Made by a program: the position numbers and the translations under genes. A DNA stretch of 34,828 nt from an uncultured Erysipelotrichaceae bacterium (GTDB taxonomy: Bacteria; Bacillota_I; Bacilli_A; RF39; UBA660): positions 1 to 34,828 of the forward strand of contig CACXFI010000072.1 in assembly GCA_902766875.1 (NCBI GenBank), given 5' to 3'. Each line of letters opens with the position of its first letter. Position 1 is the first letter of the stretch. Of this stretch, positions 1 through 8,526 are shown one piece after another. The notes beneath the pieces are model-generated. The model worked only from the letters and a program-made list of their open reading frames with translations, ran no database searches and was not told the origin of the DNA.

Positions 1-135
1 ACATGCTTTACAATATTTATTTAATTTTAATTTATCAGTAGTATTTTTTTTGTTTTTACTTACTGTATAATTTAGATTTTTACATTCATTACAAGCTAAA
101 GTTACTAAAACTCTATTTTCATTCTTTTTTGCCAT
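1..135 (-). CDS. rpmG: 50S ribosomal protein L33, 5' part (3' end runs off the left window edge)
   Basis: Not in the ORF track because it is truncated by the edge. Reverse complement of 1..135 translates to [45 protein letters not shown], the L33 pattern with two CxxC pairs. GAAGGAGGG Shine-Dalgarno at 142..150, 6 nt upstream of the ATG at 135. Confidence 0.85.
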   Translation of the reverse strand, partial: MAKKNENRVLVTLACNECKNLNYTVSKNKKNTTDKLKLNKYCKAC

Positions 136-176
136 TATATTCCCTCCTTCAAACAATCTTTACATATTATAACATA

Positions 177-2456
177 TTATCTATAAATTTCAAAGAATTT
201 ATTAACAATTTGTGATGATAATCTTCTATTTATCCTACTTGTAGTTTCTGAATTACCATCTCCAATATCTGGGCTTAAAACTACAATACTCATTTTAGGA
301 TTATCATATGGGGCATAACCTATGAAACTAGTGCTAATAGTTTCAGTATCTACTTTTCCATCTCCATTTGTATCGATGAAGCTTTGACTGGTTCCAGTTT
401 TTCCTGCTCCTATATTATCATAGTTACCCATATAACCATTACCTATTCCATAAGTTACTACAGCTCTAAATCCTTCATGAACTCTATTCATATATTTACT
501 ATCTATATCTACTGTTCCTAAGCTTACTGGTTCTGTTTCTTTTATTTTTTCTGATAATGGTTCTCCTTCTGATTTATATACTTCTTTTAATAGATATGGT
601 TTATATCTTGTTCCTTTATTGGCAATAGTATTTATATATTGAGAAACTTGAATTGGTGTATAAGTATCATATTGGCCTATGGCAAAATCTAATAAGTGCC
701 CTGGTAAGGTACTTTTACCACTATAGCCTAGATTTTCATTTGGTAAGTCTATTTCAGTTTTAACACCTAATCCGAATGAATGGTACATATCTCTATATTT
801 ATCAAAGGCTTCAGGATTTATTTTTAATCCTTGATCATAAATGTATGTACCTCCACCAACTTTAATAGCAGTTTTATACTGATAAACGTTAGAAGAATAA
901 GCTAGGGCATCAATATCATTAATCATTCCCATTGTTCTCCAACTACATTTTTCTGGTGTATCTTTTATTTTTATGCATTCATCTAATTGATAACTTCCTA
1001 TATCAATAGCACCATATTTATATCCAACTAAGATTGATGCTCCTTTGACAATACTTCCAGGTGTAACTGATGTAGTTATTGTTCCAGGGGTATAATCTAT
1101 TACTTTATATTTACCATTTTCTGTTATTACTTGTTTTCCTGCTATTGCTAATATTTCTCCATTGTTAGGATTACTTACTATTGCAAAAGATCTATTAAAG
1201 TACTCAGTATTTGGTTCTGTTTTAGCTAGTAAGACTTCTTGAGTTAGAGTATCTTCTAAATATTTTTGTAAATCTATATCAATTGTTAAGACTATATCAT
1301 TTCCTCTTATTCCATTACTTATTAATTCATAACTATTATCTTTTTTTACTTTATATTTGGCTTTAGTACCTCTTAAATATTCTTCATATTGATATTCTAA
1401 ATAGCTTATACCTACTCTATCATCTAGAGAATATCCATGATCAAGATAATAATCTTTTAATTCAGAAGGAATACCTTGAGTAGAACTAGAAACACTTCCT
1501 AATAGTGATTTTAGTGTGTCTCCATAATTATATGTTCTTTCCCAATCTACTTTAGTATTGAATCCTCCTAAATCATCTATATTTTCTGATATTAAAGCAT
1601 ATTCGCTATCTGTTACATCTTTATTTTTAATAATTTTTTCTCTATAGCTATAACCTTTATTCATAAGACTATAAATATAAGCAGCATGTTTATCTTTATC
1701 ATTATAAATAGATAAATCTTCTTCCGTTATTCTTTCATAAATTAAATCTTCTAAATCTTCATCAGTTAATTTTCTTTCACTATGTTTTTTTCTTTCCGCT
1801 TTAGTTATTTTCTTTCTAGCTTCTTCATAATTATTAACATACCAAAATGTTTTTAACATTTTATCTGTTAATTTAGAATAATCTAGAGTTAACATATCTG
1901 CTACTTTATAAGCTAATAATACTTCTTCTTCACTAGTTACTCCTGGTTCTTTTTTATAATATATAGTTTTGACTGCTTCGTTATCAACAATTAATTTATG
2001 ATTTCTATCATAGATTCTGCCTCTGGGAGCACTTTCTCCTTCGATAGTATTCTCGGTAGCTAAAACTAGTTGTTCTTTATATTTTTCTTTATCTAATACT
2101 TGTAATTCTATTAACCTATAAGTTATAATTCCAAATAATAAGCATATTATAACACTAATAAATACATATCTTCCTTCAATAATAGAATCTAGATATTTAT
2201 TATTATTTTTAACTGTTTTATTTAACACTATATTATTACTTTTTTTAATATTATTATTAAAATTTATATTTATTTTATTTCTTTTTACTGGTTTATTTAA
2301 AACTACTTTCTTTTTAAATAAATCTTTACTATTCTTTTTAATTATTTTATTCTTAGATTTTTTATTTAGAGGCTTATTACGAGTGAAGATATTTTTTTTA
2401 GTTTGTAATTTTATTTTTTTATTTTTAAACATATTATCTATAAGCCTCCTTTTCAT
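177..2456 (-). CDS. Class B penicillin-binding protein (PBP2/PBP2B-like transpeptidase) with a long Lys/Asn-rich cytoplasmic tail
   Basis: 759-aa ORF with a single TM helix (YVFISVIICLLFGIITYRLIEL) followed by dimerisation and transpeptidase domains. Contains SxxK (GSIVKG), SxN (YSSNVY) and KTG (GKTGTS) boxes. AAAGGAGG lies inside codons 2-4, 12 nt upstream of Met9, so 2432 is an alternative start. Confidence 0.9.
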   Translation of the reverse strand: MKRRLIDNMFKNKKIKLQTKKNIFTRNKPLNKKSKNKIIKKNSKDLFKKKVVLNKPVKRNKININFNNNIKKSNNIVLNKTVKNNNKYLDSIIEGRYVFISVIICLLFGIITYRLIELQVLDKEKYKEQLVLATENTIEGESAPRGRIYDRNHKLIVDNEAVKTIYYKKEPGVTSEEEVLLAYKVADMLTLDYSKLTDKMLKTFWYVNNYEEARKKITKAERKKHSERKLTDEDLEDLIYERITEEDLSIYNDKDKHAAYIYSLMNKGYSYREKIIKNKDVTDSEYALISENIDDLGGFNTKVDWERTYNYGDTLKSLLGSVSSSTQGIPSELKDYYLDHGYSLDDRVGISYLEYQYEEYLRGTKAKYKVKKDNSYELISNGIRGNDIVLTIDIDLQKYLEDTLTQEVLLAKTEPNTEYFNRSFAIVSNPNNGEILAIAGKQVITENGKYKVIDYTPGTITTSVTPGSIVKGASILVGYKYGAIDIGSYQLDECIKIKDTPEKCSWRTMGMINDIDALAYSSNVYQYKTAIKVGGGTYIYDQGLKINPEAFDKYRDMYHSFGLGVKTEIDLPNENLGYSGKSTLPGHLLDFAIGQYDTYTPIQVSQYINTIANKGTRYKPYLLKEVYKSEGEPLSEKIKETEPVSLGTVDIDSKYMNRVHEGFRAVVTYGIGNGYMGNYDNIGAGKTGTSQSFIDTNGDGKVDTETISTSFIGYAPYDNPKMSIVVLSPDIGDGNSETTSRINRRLSSQIVNKFFEIYR

Positions 2457-2542
2457 TTTATTATTATATCATTATGAAAAATAGTATGCAACTTAATTAT
2501 TATATTTTTAATAATTTTACATATTATATATCAGGTGATAAA

Positions 2543-2797
2543 ATGAATATATATTTAGTAGAGAAATATATTAATAAAATTACAAAGAATGATATTAATA
2601 ATTTTGCTTTATCTAAAGGTGTTAAGATGACAGAACATGATTTAGATGTTATTTATAATCATGTTAAAAATGATTATAAGACATTTATATATGGTAATCA
2701 AAGAGCAATATTGGATCAATTAAAAGAAGAAGTTGAACTTGGTACTTATAATCAAATTGAACTTCTATTTATACAATATAAAGATAAATTTAATTAG
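2543..2797 (+). CDS. Small conserved hypothetical protein (DUF2624-like pattern, recalled from memory)
   Basis: The track ORF starts at 2474, but the internal ATG at 2543 is preceded by AGGTGA (2533..2538). The 84-aa product MNIYLVEKYINKITKNDINNFALSKGVKMTEHDL... resembles small Bacilli proteins of unknown function. Its 3' end overlaps nfo convergently by 8 nt. Confidence 0.4.
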   Translation: MNIYLVEKYINKITKNDINNFALSKGVKMTEHDLDVIYNHVKNDYKTFIYGNQRAILDQLKEEVELGTYNQIELLFIQYKDKFN

Positions 2798-3701
2798 AAT
2801 TATTTTTTCTTATTTTATCTATTAAATTATTATCAAACTTTTTATTTCTAATCATTTCTATTTCATATTTATATGGTGGATATACTCTTTCTTTAGAATC
2901 ATCTGTTTCTGTTACATATGGTGTTTCTAATATTTTAGGTATATCTTTTAATTTTTCATTATATATTACATTTATTAAATTATCAAAGCCTATAGTTCCG
3001 TATCCAATATTTTCATGTCTATCTTTATGACTTCCTAATTCATTTTTACTATCATTTACATGGATACATCCTAGATATGATAGTCCTATTTTTTTATCAA
3101 ATTCTTCTAATATTTTATCGAAATCATTAAGATTGTAACCAGCATCATTAATATGACATGTATCTAGGCATACTCCTATTTTATCTTTAAATTTAACTCC
3201 ATCAATTATTTTTTTTATTTCTTCAAAAGTTTTACCTACTTCATTACCTTTACCAGCCATTGTTTCTAATAGTATTTTAACATTATAATCATTATCTAAA
3301 ATTATATTTAAACCATCAACAATATTTTTAATAGCTATATCTCTATCCATACCATTAACAGCACTCCCTGGATGTAAGACCATTTTATTTACTCCTAGAG
3401 TGTTACATCTTTCACATTCTTGAATCAGGAAATTAACTGAGAAATCAAAGTTATTGCTATTACATAAGTTTACGATATAAGGAGCATGAACAATAATGTT
3501 ATTTAAATCAATATTATTTTCTTTCATTAGTTTATATGCTTCTAAGGTTATATTATCATTTATTTCTTTTCTATTGGTATTTTGTGGCGCTCCTGTATAG
3601 AACATAAAAGCTGTAGATTTATAACTTAGGGATTCTTCAACACTTCCTAATAATCCAGTATCATTTTTAAATGAGACATGACTTCCTATAATTAAATCCA
3701 T
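2790..3701 (-). CDS. nfo: Endonuclease IV (AP endonuclease, deoxyribonuclease IV)
   Basis: Motifs HAPYIVNL, VLHPGS, LETMAGKG, CLDTCHINDAGY and HVNDSKNELGSHKDRHENIGYG match the Nfo TIM-barrel metal-site signature. The ATG at 3701 is preceded by GGAGG with an 8-nt spacer. The track start at 3719 is a TTG without an SD. Confidence 0.9.
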   Translation of the reverse strand: MDLIIGSHVSFKNDTGLLGSVEESLSYKSTAFMFYTGAPQNTNRKEINDNITLEAYKLMKENNIDLNNIIVHAPYIVNLCNSNNFDFSVNFLIQECERCNTLGVNKMVLHPGSAVNGMDRDIAIKNIVDGLNIILDNDYNVKILLETMAGKGNEVGKTFEEIKKIIDGVKFKDKIGVCLDTCHINDAGYNLNDFDKILEEFDKKIGLSYLGCIHVNDSKNELGSHKDRHENIGYGTIGFDNLINVIYNEKLKDIPKILETPYVTETDDSKERVYPPYKYEIEMIRNKKFDNNLIDKIRKNNSN

Positions 3702-3912
3702 AAATACTACCTCCAACAATTATAATTATACTATAAAAATTGGTAATATGATATTAGTTTACTAACAATTAAATTCTACATTTTTTTGAAAAATATATAA
3801 AATTTTAAGTTTACTAAGTAATTTTGTTAATAATAGTCGTTTTGTATATGGTAATATACTAAAACTAGTAGTAATTGTTTAGTTTTAATTACAGAAATAA
3901 AATTTTACTCTT

Positions 3913-3941
3913 TTGACTAAGTTTTATACATATGATAATCT
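3913..3941 (+). promoter_or_regulatory. Putative sigma-70 promoter for the YhcG-like gene
   Basis: TTGACT (3913..3918), 17-nt spacer ending in TGa, then TAATCT; about 28 nt upstream of the ATG at 3969. Such matches occur by chance in AT-rich DNA. Confidence 0.35.
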
Positions 3942-3968
3942 TTATAAAATGCTTTATATGGAGGTGTT

Positions 3969-5009
3969 ATGAATAGTTTTAGTTTAAATAATAATGGAGT
4001 TAATGATGTTTATAATGATATTAAAGAATTGGTAGTAAATAGTAGAAATAAAGTATATACGGTAGTTAATATTGAGATGTTAAATTTGTATTGGAATATT
4101 GGGAAGATAATAATAAAGATACAAGGTGGTAAGAATAGAGCTAAATATGGTGATTATATTTTACAAGAAGTATCTAGACGATTAACTAACGAATTTGGGA
4201 AAGGTTTCTCCATACAAAATTTAAGAAGAATGAAAAAATTTTATTCTTTATTCCCAATTCGCTCAACATTGATGAGCGAATTGAGTTGGTCTCATTATTT
4301 AGAAATAATAAAAATTGAAGAAGAAAATAAAAGAAACTTTTATATTAATGAATGTATTAATTCTAAATGGAATGTTAGAGAATTACAAAGACAAATTAAT
4401 TCTTTATTATATGAAAGATTACTTTTATCAAAAAAGGATATAAATATTAAAGAATTATCTTTTAAAGGTCAAGTTTTGAAAACTAGCCAAGATTTAATTA
4501 AAGATCCTTTTGTATTGGAATTTTTAGATATTAAAGAAAATATGGAATATCAAGAAAAAGATTTAGAGAGAAGTATTTTAAATCATATAAAAGAGTTTAT
4601 GTTAGAGTTAGGAAAAGGTTTTTCCTTTATAGGTAGTCAAGTTAGAATTACTTTAGAAGAAGATCATTTTTATCCGGATTTAATATTTTATAATAGATTA
4701 TTAAGATGTTTTGTTATTATAGATTTAAAAATAGGTAAAATTACTCATCAAGATATTGGACAAATGCAAATGTATGTTAATTATTACGATAGAAATATTA
4801 AAAATAATGATGAGAATTCTTCAGTAGGTATATTACTTTCTACTGACAAGAATGAAACTGTTGTTAAATATACTTTACCTAGTGATAATAAAAATATTTT
4901 TGCAACTAGATATAAATTAAGTTTTCCTACAGAACAAGAATTAATAAATGTTATTGAGGATGAAAAGAGAAATATTAGATTAAGAGATGATAAGGATATT
5001 TATGAATAA
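3969..5009 (+). CDS. YhcG/DUF1016-family PD-(D/E)XK nuclease domain protein
   Basis: N-terminal YhcG_N pattern: LNLYWNIGKII...AKYGDYILQEVSRRLTNEFGKGFSIQNLRRMKKFY and LSWSHYLEII...RNFYINECINSKWNVRELQRQINSLLYERL. C-terminal nuclease core: FYPDLIFYN...FVIIDLKIGK...GQMQMYVNYY (D...D-x-K). GGAGG SD upstream of the ATG. Confidence 0.85.
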   Translation: MNSFSLNNNGVNDVYNDIKELVVNSRNKVYTVVNIEMLNLYWNIGKIIIKIQGGKNRAKYGDYILQEVSRRLTNEFGKGFSIQNLRRMKKFYSLFPIRSTLMSELSWSHYLEIIKIEEENKRNFYINECINSKWNVRELQRQINSLLYERLLLSKKDINIKELSFKGQVLKTSQDLIKDPFVLEFLDIKENMEYQEKDLERSILNHIKEFMLELGKGFSFIGSQVRITLEEDHFYPDLIFYNRLLRCFVIIDLKIGKITHQDIGQMQMYVNYYDRNIKNNDENSSVGILLSTDKNETVVKYTLPSDNKNIFATRYKLSFPTEQELINVIEDEKRNIRLRDDKDIYE

Positions 5010-5553
5010 AATAATTAATAGTCAAAAGATATTGGACGTTATAATGACGGATGGAGAGTTAGCTAGAGATTTTATGAATAGTATTTTAAATATTAGTATT
5101 AAAAGTAAAGATAAAATATATTATACTGAATATAAAAATTTATATAATATAAATAATTATATATATATTCATTTTAATATAAGTAATGATAAAAATATAT
5201 CTGGAATATATGATGGTATTAGATATTATTATAAATACTCATTTAAAAATAATAATAAATTTAATTTTTTTTATATTAGTTTTAATAATTTTGGTATTAT
5301 TAGTGATAATGATGGTGATATTATTTTACAAATTAAAGACAGAAATACTAAGAAAGTATTAATAGATAATTTTAACATTATTTGTTTATCTCTTCCTCGT
5401 TATAAAAAATTATATGATAGTTTTAAAAGAAATAGAAAAGTATTATGGTTATGTTTAATTAATTGTAATGATATTAAATTTATGGATAAATTATGTTCTT
5501 ATTTAATGGATAATGATAAGAAGGAAGAGTTTATTAAAGAGATAGTAGCTTGA
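5002..5553 (+). CDS. Short, apparently degenerate Rpn/PDDEXK_2-like protein (recombination-promoting nuclease/putative transposase family remnant)
   Basis: The ATG at 5002 overlaps the YhcG-like stop (ATGAATAA). N-terminal ELARDFMNSILNISIK resembles the family's LISFLNAIL box. GIRYYYKYSF resembles the R..FYW box. NIICLSLPRYKK and KVLWLCLI resemble the IHFIELPKF and WL.FL boxes. At 183 aa it is much shorter than typical members (roughly 300 aa from memory), and no clear D/E-x-K residues are visible. Confidence 0.35.
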   Translation: MNKIINSQKILDVIMTDGELARDFMNSILNISIKSKDKIYYTEYKNLYNINNYIYIHFNISNDKNISGIYDGIRYYYKYSFKNNNKFNFFYISFNNFGIISDNDGDIILQIKDRNTKKVLIDNFNIICLSLPRYKKLYDSFKRNRKVLWLCLINCNDIKFMDKLCSYLMDNDKKEEFIKEIVA

Positions 5554-5593
5554 TATTTATAATTATATTTTGTATAATTAAGATGGTGATAGT

Positions 5594-5911
5594 ATGATAT
5601 TATCTTATAAAAATAAAGATATAGTACTTAGAGAGTGTAAGAGCTTTTATAGTAGGTTTAAAGGATTTATGTTTTGTAAAGATATAGATAAGGCTCTTTT
5701 ATTTAAGAAGTGTAATAGTATTCATACTTGTTTTATGATAAATAATATTGATATTATCATGTGTGATAAAGATTATAAGATATTGTATTATTATCCTAAT
5801 TTTAAGAAATGGAAATTTATATTACCTAAGAAAGATGTTTATTTAACGATAGAGACTCCTAGCAATTATTTTGATATTTGTATAGGAGATAAATTGGAGG
5901 TTAGAGAATGA
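5594..5911 (+). CDS. DUF192-family protein
   Basis: 105 aa. The pattern SRFKGFMF...ALLFKKCNSIHTCFMINNIDIIMCDKDYKIL...YLTIETPSNYF..IGDKLE fits DUF192 (GLM...gmlF...h.fwMknt.fpLDiifld...vlElpaG...Gd). GGTGA SD. Its stop overlaps the gpsA start (ATGA). Confidence 0.6.
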   Translation: MILSYKNKDIVLRECKSFYSRFKGFMFCKDIDKALLFKKCNSIHTCFMINNIDIIMCDKDYKILYYYPNFKKWKFILPKKDVYLTIETPSNYFDICIGDKLEVRE

Positions 5912-6831
5912 AGATAGGTTTTATTGGATGCGGGGTATATGGTCTTGCTTTAACTACAATGATGTTAGAGAAAAATCATAATATTATTATGTGGAGTAAA
6001 TTTAAAGAAGAAACAGATTCTTTAGAGCCAAAATATCCTGATATTAGATTTACTAATAATTTGAAAGATATTAGTAATATGGATTTAGTTGTTATAGCGA
6101 TACCTAGTAATTTTGTAGAAAGTACTTTAGATGAATTTAAAGATTATTATACTGGAGAAGATATTTTAATAGCAGCTAAAGGTATTCTTAATGATACTAG
6201 ATTTTTAAGTGAATTAGTTAGTGAAACTTTAAATACTGATAAATATTCTGTTATATCCGGTCCTACTTTTGCTATTGATATAGTTAAAGATAGACCTTTA
6301 GGACTATCTTTAGGTTGTAATAATAGTAATAGTGTTAATATAATTAAAAATGCTATAGAAACTGATTATTTTAAATTAGAAGTCTTAGATGATGTTATTG
6401 GTATTGAATTTTGTGGTGCTATTAAGAATGTTATAGCAATTAGTACTGGTATGATAGAAGGATTAGGATATCCAGAATCCACTAGATATAAATATCTTAC
6501 TTATGTAGTTAGAGATATTTATAGAGTTATTAATTTAGTTGGTGGTAAGAAAGATACTACTTATAGTTTAGCTGGTTTAGGAGATTTACTCTTAACAGCT
6601 ACTTCTATTAAGAGTAGAAATTATTCTTTAGGTTTAGTTATAGGTAGTAATGGTAATGTAGAAGAATATTTAAAGAATAATACTACCGAAGGATATCATA
6701 ATTTAGTATCTATATATAATTTAATTCATAAAAAGAATATTAAATTTGATATTATAGATATATTATATGATATTATTTATAATAATAAGGATATAGATAT
6801 ATTTATAGATTATATAAAAAGACAAGTTTAA
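5908..6831 (+). CDS. gpsA: NAD(P)H-dependent glycerol-3-phosphate dehydrogenase
   Basis: N-terminal Rossmann MKIGFIGCGVYGLAL, ISGPTFA, GAIKNVIAISTGM and the C-terminal GpsA domain. TTGGAGG SD 7 nt upstream of the ATG. Confidence 0.85.
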   Translation: MKIGFIGCGVYGLALTTMMLEKNHNIIMWSKFKEETDSLEPKYPDIRFTNNLKDISNMDLVVIAIPSNFVESTLDEFKDYYTGEDILIAAKGILNDTRFLSELVSETLNTDKYSVISGPTFAIDIVKDRPLGLSLGCNNSNSVNIIKNAIETDYFKLEVLDDVIGIEFCGAIKNVIAISTGMIEGLGYPESTRYKYLTYVVRDIYRVINLVGGKKDTTYSLAGLGDLLLTATSIKSRNYSLGLVIGSNGNVEEYLKNNTTEGYHNLVSIYNLIHKKNIKFDIIDILYDIIYNNKDIDIFIDYIKRQV

Positions 6832-6842
6832 CTTGTTTTTTT
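6822..6842 (+). terminator. Weak intrinsic terminator between convergent gpsA and the LicD-like gene
   Basis: ACAAGTT-T-AACTTGT hairpin (6822..6836) followed by a T7 run (6836..6842). It overlaps both stop codons. The stem is short and AT-rich. Confidence 0.35.
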
Positions 6843-7587
6843 AAAAATTATCGGGATAATAATTTAATGTTTTAATAAATAGTATACCTTTAGCATTTTC
6901 CATAAACACTGGCATATTCTCTTTATTACTAATTCTTGGGTCATAATCTGCATTTGGGACTTTCCATTCAGCCCCATATTGATCACATAGCATTTTTTCT
7001 ATGTTTTTAGGCCCTCTAAATTTTATATCTTTATATTTATATGATTTTGCATTTTTAAACTCATTCATAAATCTACCATAGGTACAATAATCTTTTCCAG
7101 AAATAATTTGCATATTTCCAACTACTTTTTTTTCAATATTTTTTGCATTTGGTTTTTCAAGTGTAAAACAAGCTATATAATTATTCTTATCTTCAAGTAC
7201 TAAAAAGATATCAACTTCTACTCCTTTATATAAGAACTTATACTCTGTTATTTTACCTTCATTGTTTAGAAATACTTGTTTTAATTTGAATCCAAACTCA
7301 AAAAATCTGTCTTTTATCTTTTCAAAATCAGATTCTAAAACATATAAGTCCAAATCTTGTCCTTCCATTGTTCCATCTCTATAATATTTTAAAAGGGACC
7401 CTGATAAAAGCTGCCAATTACATTTATTACATATTATGGCAAACTTATCAATTATTTCTTTTCTATATTTATCTGTTTTCTTTTCTCCACTTGGACTAAT
7501 TAATTTAAAATAAATAAAATCTTTTATTTTTTTTGCAATACCAGTATTAACAAACTTAGAGCTTTTAATCTTTAAAAAAATATTCAT
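6841..7587 (-). CDS. LicD-family phosphotransferase (nucleotidyltransferase fold; transfers a CDP-activated phospho-alcohol such as P-choline or alditol-P to a glycan)
   Basis: LLSGSLLKYYRDGTMEGQDLDLYVLESDFEKI matches the LicD box GTLLGAVRH.GFIPWDDDIDI.M.R.DY. VEVDIFLV matches the DIF box. The C-terminal GPKNIEKMLCDQYGAEWKVP matches the LicD tail. AGGAGG upstream. It is the last gene of the 11-gene operon. Confidence 0.7.
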   Translation of the reverse strand: MNIFLKIKSSKFVNTGIAKKIKDFIYFKLISPSGEKKTDKYRKEIIDKFAIICNKCNWQLLSGSLLKYYRDGTMEGQDLDLYVLESDFEKIKDRFFEFGFKLKQVFLNNEGKITEYKFLYKGVEVDIFLVLEDKNNYIACFTLEKPNAKNIEKKVVGNMQIISGKDYCTYGRFMNEFKNAKSYKYKDIKFRGPKNIEKMLCDQYGAEWKVPNADYDPRISNKENMPVFMENAKGILFIKTLNYYPDNF

Positions 7588-7589
7588 TT

Positions 7590-8525
7590 TTAATTTTTCC
7601 TCCTTAATAAGTTTAAATATAATTCATATAATTGTTTGTGTTTTTTTACAATAACTTGTAAAATAATACCTACAGTTAATAGTAATAAAGAAATTGTTAA
7701 AAATACTCCTGAAACAATAAGAGTTGGAAATCTTGGAACAAGTCCTGTTTCAAAATATTCTATCACTACTGGAATTCCCATAATAAGAGAAATGCTTAAA
7801 GTTATAAAACTAATTAAATTAAAGAAAGTAGCTGGCTTATATTCTTTAAACAAGACTGCAATTGTCTTTAATACTTTAAAGCCATCAGAATAAGTATTTA
7901 ATTTTGATTTGCTTCCTTCTGGCCTATCTCTATAAGTTACTGGAACTTCTACTAACTTAAAGTTTTTATCTACTGCATGAATTGTCATTTCTGTTTCAAT
8001 TTCAAATCCTTTAGATAATACTGGAAAAGATTTTACAAATTCATATCCAAATGCTCTATATCCAGTCATTATATCCTTCACATTGTTTTTAAATAATTTG
8101 TTAATTAAAAATCTTACTGTTCTGTTTCCTACATTGTGAAATGGTCTTTTGTTTTCAGTGAAATAGGTACTAGATAAACGATCTCCAATAACCATATCTG
8201 CCCTACCAGAAAGAATTAAATCACACATTTCTCTAGCATTTTCTGCTGGATATGTATCATCTCCATCAATCATTAGGTAACAGTCTGCTTCTATATCTCG
8301 GAACATACTTCTAATGACATTCCCTTTTCCTTGACGATATTCATATTTTACAATAGCTCCTGCTTCTTTAGCAATTTTATCTGTACCATCAATTGAATTG
8401 TTATCATATACATAAATATCAGCTTCAGGTAAAGTTTTTTTATAATCATTTACTACTTTAGCAATAGTTTTTGCTTCATTATAGCAAGGAATCAAAACTG
8501 CAATTTTTTTGTTTTCTTTTTTCAT
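7590..8525 (-). CDS. GT2 polyprenyl-phosphate sugar synthase, GtrB/CsbB/DPM1 type (two C-terminal TM helices)
   Basis: IAVLIPCYNEAKTI...YVYDNNSIDGT...MIDGDDTYP (DxD), plus a C-terminal membrane hairpin containing LVPRFPTLIVSGVFL. GGAGA SD. Start lies 1 nt after the upstream stop. Confidence 0.8.
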   Translation of the reverse strand: MKKENKKIAVLIPCYNEAKTIAKVVNDYKKTLPEADIYVYDNNSIDGTDKIAKEAGAIVKYEYRQGKGNVIRSMFRDIEADCYLMIDGDDTYPAENAREMCDLILSGRADMVIGDRLSSTYFTENKRPFHNVGNRTVRFLINKLFKNNVKDIMTGYRAFGYEFVKSFPVLSKGFEIETEMTIHAVDKNFKLVEVPVTYRDRPEGSKSKLNTYSDGFKVLKTIAVLFKEYKPATFFNLISFITLSISLIMGIPVVIEYFETGLVPRFPTLIVSGVFLTISLLLLTVGIILQVIVKKHKQLYELYLNLLRRKN

Positions 8526-8526
8526 T

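Noticed and set aside
3741-3857. Short direct repeats in the nfo/yhcG intergenic region: AGTTTACTAA at 3756 and 3808, TGGTAATAT at 3741 and 3849, and a TAAAACTA/TAGTTTTA inverted pair
   Set aside because: In DNA this AT-rich, a couple of 9-10-mer coincidences within 250 bp are expected by chance. There is no array-like periodicity and no adjacent regulator. They could be operators, but the evidence is insufficient.
5002-5553. Calling the Rpn-like ORF an active transposase or mobile element
   Set aside because: It is much shorter than typical family members, with no visible catalytic D/E-x-K residues and no flanking inverted repeats or target duplications. It is reported as a degenerate CDS only.
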